This document shows, one piece after another, positions 18,482 to 25,507 of a stretch of 26,084 nucleotides of DNA (within the stretch, counting starts at the first letter, position 1; each line of letters starts with the position of its first letter). The position numbers and the translations under genes are program-made. The notes under the pieces are model-generated. The model had not been told where the DNA came from. It searched no databases and was given only the letters and a program-made list of their open reading frames with translations. Source of the stretch: a virus (lineage: Duplodnaviria; Caudoviricetes); IMG/VR virus record IMGVR_UViG_3300027896_000193, positions 1 to 26,084 of that record; one strand, given 5' to 3'.

Positions 18482-18613
18482 TCAATGTTGCAGGTAAGGG
18501 CCAGTCAAGGTGGCCTTTTCTATCTTCTTCTTTTTAGGCATCTTGACGCCCTTGCCCTTCATGACCTGTTCAGAGACTTTTCGAGCTTTGCCACCTGGCC
18601 GAATCATTATCAT
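18482..18613 (-). CDS. Small basic protein, 43 aa (not in the ORF track)
   Basis: MIMIRPGGKARKVSEQVMKGKGVKMPKKKKIEKATLTGPYLQH; fills the gap between neighbours. Confidence 0.55.
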   Translation of the reverse strand: MIMIRPGGKARKVSEQVMKGKGVKMPKKKKIEKATLTGPYLQH

Positions 18614-18622
18614 ATAGTCATT

Positions 18623-18826
18623 CTATTTTTGATTAGAAAGATATTTTTTTGCCTTTCCTTTACCGTGATCAATTGATTCATCAACTCCAGTAATCGTATC
18701 GTCCAATTCTTCAGAAAAGTTGGACTCTTTTGGGAAATGTTTCATCTTAATATCCTGTGGCATGTTTGCGAAACTGGTTTTATCATGACCAAATGAATTG
18801 ATGAAGTGCGACTTTTTTCCTGACAT
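18623..18826 (-). CDS. Small phage protein, 67 aa
   Basis: AGGAGG RBS; first gene after the promoter at 18862-18890. Confidence 0.7.
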   Translation of the reverse strand: MSGKKSHFINSFGHDKTSFANMPQDIKMKHFPKESNFSEELDDTITGVDESIDHGKGKAKKYLSNQK

Positions 18827-18861
18827 AATTCCTCCTAAGGAATTTTTTAAGTTACGTCTGA

Positions 18862-18890
18862 AGTCTAATAGATAAATATTTTTTTTGCCA
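18862..18890 (-). promoter_or_regulatory. Putative promoter of the small basic ORF cluster
   Basis: TGGCAA-N17-TAGACT. Confidence 0.4.
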
Positions 18891-18937
18891 TAGACTTTTC
18901 AAAAAATTCTGAAAAAACCACGTCAAAAAAAAGAACA

Positions 18938-18967
18938 TTGCAAGAAAAAAGAATAATAGTCTATACT
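18938..18967 (+). promoter_or_regulatory. Putative promoter of sRNA-2
   Basis: TTGCAA-N18-TATACT with A-tracts upstream and in the spacer. Confidence 0.55.
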
Positions 18968-18972
18968 ATAGG

Positions 18973-19031
18973 CCTCATAATGTTACCTATGGGGGTTCTA
19001 GGCGTGCCCTTGATTGGGCATGCTTAGTTTT
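18973..19031 (+). ncRNA. Candidate trans-acting antisense small RNA-2
   Basis: Hairpin CCTCATA/TATGGGG with loop ATGTTACC; 12-bp terminator stem CTAGGCGTGCCC/GGGCATGCTTAG (G-U pairs work only on +) plus TTTT; 18976-18992 is complementary to 23179-23195. Confidence 0.65.
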
Positions 19032-21174
19032 ATTGTTGTGCTTGCATAGCTTCTGGAGCGGCTTGGATAGGGCCTGACTGTTGCATTTGCTGAGCCTGCT
19101 GCTGTGCTCTCTGTTGCATTTGTTGTTGTTGTGCTTGCTGCTGTGCTTGTTGTTGTTGATCTTGTCGAAGTTGTCTCTCTTCTTTTTGTCGAGAAAACTC
19201 CTCATTATGCATTTCTGACTGTTGCTTTAACTTCATTGCTTGCTCAATCTGATTCAAATCTATTCCTTGAACCTCACGAACGGCTTTGAGAAGCGTTAGG
19301 AAGGAATTAGAGCGATCTTCTTCAGACTTTTGCAGCTTCTCTATTGCAATGGCCTTGTCAAGAGTCATTTTGTTGAGCTTTTCAGCAGCCGACGCTTTCT
19401 GTGATTGAGCAAAACTAATCTTAGTCTCAGCATCAACTTGCATCTGCTGCATTTGCATTTGAGCCATTTGCTGCTGTTGTTGTTGTTGAGCCTCGTCTAA
19501 TCGTCTGATTTCTTCGGCCAGCTCAGCTTTGTGAGGCAGGTTCATGTTCTCCATCAAATAGCTAGTTGGGATAGGAATTCCTATCTCACGAAGATAGAGA
19601 GCCTGTTGCAAGGCAAGTTGTTTTTGAGTAGAGGTTAACGGAGCTTCTTCAACAATTGCGTCATAAGTTGAAAACGCCCTATTATAGAACTCTTGAGTCG
19701 GTTCAGCATTTATAATCCTAGATACTTTTCCTGGAGTCCAGTTTGCCTGAATCATCTGCAAGTGAAGTTTCCCTAGTAGTCTCTGAGACATGTCAAGATT
19801 ATCGAACAAACCTTGGAGAGTAACGAGTCCAGCTCCTTGTCTAAGCATGGACAAAACCCCTGCTTTCTCATCGATTGCACTACCTAAAAGCTCTTCATTA
19901 ACTCCTGAAATTTGATTAATCTCATTTCCTAGCATTTCACCTAACTGGATCATGCTTGGAGGTACTTGTGGGGGCAAAATTTGCTCAACATCTGTCATTT
20001 GAGCTTCTGCCTTCAAGGCTAAGCCACGGCCTTGTCCTTGCAAAAACACGTCCTTAGGATTGACTAGAGCATTCTCTTTATATTTAAATCCAGAGGTAAT
20101 TTGACTCTCTAATATATCTAAGGAAGTAATCAACCTTCTGTTATAAAGATATTGAGCATCACGAATGCCCCTCACAATACCCTGAACACGCCATGGAAAA
20201 TATGGTATTTCTGGCATATAATAAGCCCAAACAGGAACAAATGGGTACGAATCGATGTTGAGAGGATTGGGGCCGTGATACATGCACTTTCCCTGAACTA
20301 CAATCGCTAGCTTAACCGTAGACACTTCACTCTTCGTAACAATCGTCTGAGGGTACCTGGTCAAGAACTCATCCAAATCTTCTTTCTGTCCTTTCCACTC
20401 AATTGACTCCCCTGTTTCTGTGTCGACCAAGATCTGCTGAGGTCGTGTATCTAGGTACCAAAACTCGTCATAAATAATTAAGTCTTGTTGTCCATAGTTA
20501 TACGCCTCTGGTTCAAATTGAAATTTACCATCACGATTCCCCCAACCAGATAGATTCTTGATCTCATCTTCTCTGCCAGGTAAAAGATTCATGACTTGAT
20601 TTCTGCTCAAATACTTTCTTGTCCACAGAGAGTTACAGTCAGACAAATCTTTTTTTCTAAAATAAGGATCAATGAGATATGCATTATAAGAAACGTTGTC
20701 AACTTTTATCTCACCATTCACGGGATCATGGGAAAAATCCATCCACGTCGATAGTAAGTTCATCCCTGTAATCAAACTACCTTCAAAGGCATCAGAAATC
20801 GTCTCCAGTACATTGCTGTTAGAGTTGACATGGTACATGAGCTTCGTAAACTGATCGGCTGTCTGCTGGGCTCCTGTTTCTAATGGAGTCACCATCGTAG
20901 ACTTCCTGTGCTGCCGTTGATATCCCGACACCATATTGATTACTCTACGGATGCGATTGAAGTTAAACTGCCTCTTCCTAAATGCAGGCATGTTCCCATA
21001 GATGTCTTGAGAGAGAGTTTGGTCACCAGCAGCAAATCGAGAGTCTATATCGGCTTCATTCCAAAATGATTGATTGATAGTGATATATTTTGCGTAGGTG
21101 TTGTCCATCATCTTTAGAAGATTGTGGTCATTGTCTACATAATAGGTATCTGAGAGTTGGGGAAAAAGAGTCAT
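19030..21174 (-). CDS. Portal protein (P22-like), 714 aa
   Basis: FAAGDQ...FNFNRIRRVINMVSGYQRQ, LIDPY, YPFVP, GIVRGIRDAQYLYNRR motifs; long Gln-rich helical C-terminus. Confidence 0.9.
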   Translation of the reverse strand: MTLFPQLSDTYYVDNDHNLLKMMDNTYAKYITINQSFWNEADIDSRFAAGDQTLSQDIYGNMPAFRKRQFNFNRIRRVINMVSGYQRQHRKSTMVTPLETGAQQTADQFTKLMYHVNSNSNVLETISDAFEGSLITGMNLLSTWMDFSHDPVNGEIKVDNVSYNAYLIDPYFRKKDLSDCNSLWTRKYLSRNQVMNLLPGREDEIKNLSGWGNRDGKFQFEPEAYNYGQQDLIIYDEFWYLDTRPQQILVDTETGESIEWKGQKEDLDEFLTRYPQTIVTKSEVSTVKLAIVVQGKCMYHGPNPLNIDSYPFVPVWAYYMPEIPYFPWRVQGIVRGIRDAQYLYNRRLITSLDILESQITSGFKYKENALVNPKDVFLQGQGRGLALKAEAQMTDVEQILPPQVPPSMIQLGEMLGNEINQISGVNEELLGSAIDEKAGVLSMLRQGAGLVTLQGLFDNLDMSQRLLGKLHLQMIQANWTPGKVSRIINAEPTQEFYNRAFSTYDAIVEEAPLTSTQKQLALQQALYLREIGIPIPTSYLMENMNLPHKAELAEEIRRLDEAQQQQQQQMAQMQMQQMQVDAETKISFAQSQKASAAEKLNKMTLDKAIAIEKLQKSEEDRSNSFLTLLKAVREVQGIDLNQIEQAMKLKQQSEMHNEEFSRQKEERQLRQDQQQQAQQQAQQQQMQQRAQQQAQQMQQSGPIQAAPEAMQAQQ

Positions 21175-21454
21175 AGACGCCTTGATTTTATTATTTTCCT
21201 TTACAATATCCGGTCAAGAAATAAGAGTAAATAAAAGTGTTCTGCTTCTTCTAGAGAAAGAGGGGCCGAAAAAAAATAAACGACTTGAGAAAAAATCGTC
21301 CGTCAAGCATTTTGACACCAACGCACAACTACAACAAGACTATATTAAGAAGATAGATATGTATGTCTTCTTCTTAAGTGCTTGTGGGTACTGTTCATAA
21401 GCCGGTTTTTGTCTCTAGAATTAAAAAACAACTACTTTGTTCATAGGAGAGCAT

Positions 21455-22045
21455 ATGTCTAAAATCGCAGTGATAGGAGCCCACGGTGTTGGTAAAACTA
21501 CATTTTGTCATGCATTGAGACATGAGCTGTCTAGAAATCGCTCAGTCGCTCTTGTGTCAGAGGTAGCTAGAGATTGCCCTTATGGGATTAATGACAGAAT
21601 GAGCTTTATGTCTGCTCAGTGGATCGTTTTGACTCAAATTATAAGAGAGATGCACGAGGCCAGGACAAACGATGATGTTGTTTGTGATAGGTCTGCTTTT
21701 GACCCCATTATATACTTGCCTATCTTTGGAGCGCCTATCAAGGAAGACTTAAAAAACAATTACCACGGACTCTATCAGCTGGCTGAGGGAGCTTTACTCA
21801 CATACGACTCGATTGTTTTTATTAGAAGAAGCGGGAAGCCTATAATAAGCGATGGTCTTAGAGACACAAACATGGATAAACAAAAAGCGATTGATGCGGG
21901 ATTTGTTGACGCTATAGAAGACTTAAAAGAGCTTATGAATCTAGAAGGAACTTCTTCGCCGAAACTTTTTGAGTTCCAGTCAAATGATGTGTTCGAAAAA
22001 CAAGACCATCTTTTAAACGAGGTTCTTTCTACATGTACTCTCTAA
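21455..22045 (+). CDS. P-loop nucleoside/nucleotide kinase-like protein (AAA_28, NadR-kinase/dNMP-kinase-like), 196 aa
   Basis: Better start is MSKIAV with an AGGAG RBS; Walker A GAHGVGKTT, EVAR, VVCDRSAFD, DGLRD motifs. Confidence 0.8.
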   Translation: MSKIAVIGAHGVGKTTFCHALRHELSRNRSVALVSEVARDCPYGINDRMSFMSAQWIVLTQIIREMHEARTNDDVVCDRSAFDPIIYLPIFGAPIKEDLKNNYHGLYQLAEGALLTYDSIVFIRRSGKPIISDGLRDTNMDKQKAIDAGFVDAIEDLKELMNLEGTSSPKLFEFQSNDVFEKQDHLLNEVLSTCTL

Positions 22046-22248
22046 TAACCTGGAGCCTCACTTTAATCGCTTTATATGGAACATGGCTAAACACGTGGCA
22101 AGATCGAAAATGTTTCTACTACTGGATCGTTTCTAATGCAGGCTTTTGCATTGTAAATTATCTAGCAAACCAGCATGCTTTAGCTCTGCTATTCGGAGTT
22201 TATCTTTTACTGGCAATACGAGGACTGGAAAAATGGAAAACGAAATAG
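22033..22248 (+). CDS. PnuC-like three-TM membrane protein, 71 aa
   Basis: Three hydrophobic helices; GTWLN...CFYYWIVSN...VYLLLAIRGLEKW resembles the C-terminal triple-helix bundle of PnuC. Confidence 0.55.
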   Translation: MYSLITWSLTLIALYGTWLNTWQDRKCFYYWIVSNAGFCIVNYLANQHALALLFGVYLLLAIRGLEKWKTK

Positions 22249-22583
22249 AACTTAGAAATAGGGTGTGTGAAGTCACAAAAACATATATTCAGGATTTCTT
22301 AGGTACACTAAAAAACTCTGATGAAGAAATAATTGTGACCGTCAACGCAATGAACCACGCATTAGTCTACTTAACGTCGCTCTCTTTCCGTGGATTAATT
22401 GTTACAGGAGGAAACAGGAATCAGCTTGTCGAAAAGTTTTGTCAAGAAATTCAGATCACGCTAGGAATTATGGAAAGAAACAATTTCTTATCTAATTTAG
22501 AAACCTGCTGCAGACCTGATCAAGAGTCACAAAAAGAATCAATACCCACGTCAAAAGAAGACATACACAAAGCAAAAGAATAA
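22233..22583 (+). CDS. Hypothetical protein, 116 aa
   Basis: Better start is MENEIE at 22233 (GAGGA upstream), overlapping the end of the previous gene. Confidence 0.6.
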   Translation: MENEIELRNRVCEVTKTYIQDFLGTLKNSDEEIIVTVNAMNHALVYLTSLSFRGLIVTGGNRNQLVEKFCQEIQITLGIMERNNFLSNLETCCRPDQESQKESIPTSKEDIHKAKE

Positions 22584-22588
22584 TAGAG

Positions 22589-22975
22589 CTAGGCGTCATC
22601 CTCTTCTGCCTCTGATCTAGCCTTGTCTGTCCTTTGTTGAAAGCTTGACTTTTTAGTAGCAACAACATTCCATTTTTCCAAAAGCGCCCTCACCTCTGGC
22701 TCTGTGCTATTAAATGTCATTTCCTCTCTCTGTTGTAAGTAGAACCTTCCAAGCCAAATCAATAGGGCTGGGTTGCCTTCCTGAACGGCTTTTTTCCACT
22801 GGGCCCGACGAAGAGACTCTTTGCCTACTTCCCGACCCGACTTTATAATTTCCGCGAAGTTTCTCTCTAGAGTATCCACGCTACATCTAACAACAGCAGC
22901 TATTTCTCCCATAGTGCATTGAATAGAAGCTAGTTCTCTGACGATTTCTGGATCGATTAAGTGTCTTTTAGTCAT
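22589..22975 (-). CDS. terS: Terminase small subunit (HTH), 128 aa
   Basis: LASIQCTMGEIAAVVRCSVDTL HTH, GREVGKESLRRAQWKKA, GNPALLIWLGRFYLQQRE. Confidence 0.75.
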   Translation of the reverse strand: MTKRHLIDPEIVRELASIQCTMGEIAAVVRCSVDTLERNFAEIIKSGREVGKESLRRAQWKKAVQEGNPALLIWLGRFYLQQREEMTFNSTEPEVRALLEKWNVVATKKSSFQQRTDKARSEAEEDDA

Positions 22976-23068
22976 TGTACAACTCTCATTTATTTATTTA
23001 GAACATAGCACAATTGTGAGAAAATAGGTCAATTAATTCTTTTTTCCTGAATTAGGTAATGGCTAACG

Positions 23069-23112
23069 TTGACTATATATAGCTATGCCATATACTATAT
23101 AACTATGTCATA
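23069..23112 (+). promoter_or_regulatory. Promoter overlapped by a 17-bp direct repeat (operator-like)
   Basis: TTGACT-N16-TATACT; TATATAGCTATGCCATA (23076-23092) and TATATAACTATGTCATA (23096-23112). Confidence 0.6.
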
Positions 23113-23192
23113 AGGAAAGTAGGCGACTAGAAAAGTTCTGGTTGCAAAAACAATTCGAATCTGACATAAGGCAAAAAACCATAGGTAACATA

Positions 23193-23399
23193 ATGGAAAA
23201 GATCTGCTTCATCGAAAAAACAAACCACAACGGAAATGCTGTTTATGAATCAGATAACAAGCTCACAGATGAACTTTTGTCGTTTCTTGGATATGCTTCA
23301 TCAGGGGTAATTAGCGAAGGAAGGTTTGACAAAATATACGATTGGCTCACGAAGCTAAACCATGAAGTTTTTATCAAAAGTTATACAGAAGCGCGTTGA
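23193..23399 (+). CDS. Stand-alone hypothetical protein, 68 aa; predicted target of sRNA-2
   Basis: Better start is MEKICF (TAGGT RBS); has its own promoter and terminator. Confidence 0.65.
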   Translation: MEKICFIEKTNHNGNAVYESDNKLTDELLSFLGYASSGVISEGRFDKIYDWLTKLNHEVFIKSYTEAR

Positions 23400-23407
23400 T
23401 TAGGAAA

Positions 23408-23437
23408 GCCAAGTTGATAGTAATAGATCAACTTGGC
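23408..23437. terminator. Hairpin between convergent genes (probable bidirectional terminator)
   Basis: Perfect 11-bp stem GCCAAGTTGAT/ATCAACTTGGC. Confidence 0.7.
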
Positions 23438-23442
23438 CTTGT

Positions 23443-23601
23443 TCAGGAAAGGTTTTGGTCTTGATTTTTTCGAGACTCTAGTTCCTTCAGGTATATTTCA
23501 GGGACACACAGCTCAATGAACTCATCGAACTGCCTACCTTTTTTCATGATGTCGTAAATTCTATCAATTTCATCAACTTCATCAATAACGTCATCTTGCA
23601 T
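23443..23601 (-). CDS. Small acidic protein, 52 aa (not in the ORF track)
   Basis: GGTGAGGT RBS; MQDDVIDEVDEIDRIYDIMKKGRQFDEFIELCVPEIYLKELESRKNQDQNLS. Confidence 0.6.
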   Translation of the reverse strand: MQDDVIDEVDEIDRIYDIMKKGRQFDEFIELCVPEIYLKELESRKNQDQNLS

Positions 23602-23620
23602 GTTACCTCACCCTTTCAAC

Positions 23621-23932
23621 TTATCTAGCTCTTTTATGGAAGCTAATCCTGATAATATCTTTCTCTAAGAAAAAAGCTCCCTTGTCTGAGAACCTAATTC
23701 TTTTTACATCAACTAAATCATCTCCGTACCTTACTCTTAATACGCCATGCCAAAAAATAACAGAACAAGGATCGATATAAGAACGAGGCTCTCCAAGATC
23801 ATAATCTTCGGGACCTTGTGGTTCACTTAATTCTTCAAAGACATTCCCTTTTTCGACGGGTTCCTTTTCTTTCTCGCAAGAATATACAGATTGGGACATA
23901 CTCAACAAAGCAATTAGAACAAACTTTCTCAT
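23621..23932 (-). CDS. Exported protein/possible lipoprotein, 103 aa
   Basis: Signal-like N-terminus MRKFVLIALLSMSQSVYS-C; AGGGG RBS. Confidence 0.6.
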   Translation of the reverse strand: MRKFVLIALLSMSQSVYSCEKEKEPVEKGNVFEELSEPQGPEDYDLGEPRSYIDPCSVIFWHGVLRVRYGDDLVDVKRIRFSDKGAFFLEKDIIRISFHKRAR

Positions 23933-23955
23933 AGAACCCCCTAAAATTTATTGCT

Positions 23956-23984
23956 AGACTATTCGTCCTGATTTTTTCTGTCAA
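23956..23984 (-). promoter_or_regulatory. Promoter of the 23932/23601 gene pair
   Basis: TTGACA-N17-TAGTCT. Confidence 0.6.
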
Positions 23985-24105
23985 CACTCATAATTTGCTA
24001 AACACAAAAAAATCGACAAAGGTGAACAAGCGTCTTTTTTTGACCTAAGATAGTTTTTCCTATTTAGATGGTGTGGATAGTATACTGCGTACCATATTGA
24101 TCAAC

Positions 24106-25122
24106 CTAGGGCAAATTAAGGCCGTTGGCGACCCATTTGCGTACATCCAATCCTGTGTTGATTGCTTCACCAACATCTTTTCCTAACGGCATTGGCGTCG
24201 CTCTTGAATGGGGGTATCTTCGCTTCCATTTGGCTAGCATTGCAAGACCAGCCTCATCGTTATCATGACAAATCCACAAATTAAGCACGTTTTTAGCCCA
24301 ATAGTCTGTAAGCATGTCCGGATTAGCCAAGCTCGACCCTGCTGAAGACGAAAAGACCAGGTCAGGGGAAGAATGAACTAAGGCCATAGCGTCTAGTTCA
24401 GACTCGACTATAACCATCGTTTCCAAGTTAAAATTACCAAAGGTAGAAAATGAAGCCATCGATCCTCTTACGATAAAATACTTACCAAACTTAAACTCTT
24501 TATTGTAGTCACTTCTCCTAATCTTCAACTTTAAAACCCCTGTAGAATCAAACCATGGAATCACATAACCAGGAGGCAGAAAGAATTTAGTCCTTTCGCC
24601 AATCTCTAATCCCCACCTCCAGCTATCATCTTGTACTGGCATAGGCAAAAAACCCAACCTATACCTACAAACTGCTTCTACCGGCAACCCTCGAAGAGCC
24701 AGCTTTTCTAATTCCTTCGGACGGCGCAATAGAGTTTTGTGGGCCACATCTACAACTTCTTCTGCTCTTTGCATCCACTCTTGGCATGGACTAACCAACT
24801 CTTTATGCTGGACGACTGAATCTACCCGGTCAAGAGGAAGAAAAACCTTCGCTGGCAAAAAACTTCCACATTCACGAACTGCCCGGTCAAAGGGAAGAGA
24901 CAGAAACTCCATGCAAAACTGAATCGAGTCACCGTGAACATTACACTGCCGACACCAGTAAGCTCCTCGACATTTTGGATTTTCAACATTGGGCCAAATC
25001 CTAAACCTGTCAGAACCACCACACTTTGGACAAGTCGACGCCCACTCTCCGCCTTTTGTACTTGACACTTTTTTGGGGAAAACCCCTAATTTTTCAACTA
25101 ACGAAATCATTTTTAGTTCCAC
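24106..25122 (-). CDS. DNA primase (Zn finger plus TOPRIM), 338 aa
   Basis: CPKCGGSDRF...YWCRQC zinc finger; MVIVESELDAMAL and CHDNDEAG TOPRIM motifs. Confidence 0.85.
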   Translation of the reverse strand: MELKMISLVEKLGVFPKKVSSTKGGEWASTCPKCGGSDRFRIWPNVENPKCRGAYWCRQCNVHGDSIQFCMEFLSLPFDRAVRECGSFLPAKVFLPLDRVDSVVQHKELVSPCQEWMQRAEEVVDVAHKTLLRRPKELEKLALRGLPVEAVCRYRLGFLPMPVQDDSWRWGLEIGERTKFFLPPGYVIPWFDSTGVLKLKIRRSDYNKEFKFGKYFIVRGSMASFSTFGNFNLETMVIVESELDAMALVHSSPDLVFSSSAGSSLANPDMLTDYWAKNVLNLWICHDNDEAGLAMLAKWKRRYPHSRATPMPLGKDVGEAINTGLDVRKWVANGLNLP

Positions 25123-25129
25123 TCAGTAA

Positions 25130-25491
25130 CTGTTGCACCGATGTTCAATAGAAGTATCTCTTACTATTTCCAAACCAAGCCCCATTAAAACACGAAAAAA
25201 CAACTGATTTGCCTTACTAAGTGGTCTATTGAACATGGTAAATAGTTGAAAAGTCTATTGCACAAAGCCTATAACCCATCTAGGGTTCATTTTGGTCGTT
25301 TTTGGGTCTATTGCACATCTATTGAACATACTTTTTCTTTTAAATTCATTTTTCACTTCCAAGACACATCCAGGACCAGTTTTTTTTGCCTATTGAACAA
25401 AGTCAATAGATGTTCAACAGTCCCCAATCTTTACTGTTGCACTTCTCCCACACTCTGGAAGAGTGGGGAGTGCAATAGAGGGTGCAATAGA
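25130..25491. repeat. Iteron-like array, putative replication origin
   Basis: About 11 copies of CT(A/G)TTG(A/C)AC in both orientations in the non-coding gap between helicase and primase. Confidence 0.7.
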
Positions 25492-25507
25492 AAATGATAA
25501 AAAATGT

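Noticed and set aside
19030-19490. CAA/CAG-rich repeats as a microsatellite or phase-variation tract
   Set aside because: They encode the Gln-rich portal tail with mixed codons, stay in frame, and are common in P22-like portals.
21182-21400. 72-aa + strand ORF
   Set aside because: TTG start without RBS, overlapping the portal upstream region and hairpins; more likely non-coding.
21248-21420. 9-bp inverted repeat TTCTAGAGA/TCTCTAGAA as MITE or inversion ends
   Set aside because: Short, partly palindromic, no target-site duplication and no second copy.
25130-25497. CRISPR array, or the 83-aa ORF at 25246..25497
   Set aside because: Repeats are only 9-12 bp, irregularly spaced and in both orientations, with no cas genes; the ORF has a TTG start and runs through the repeat array.
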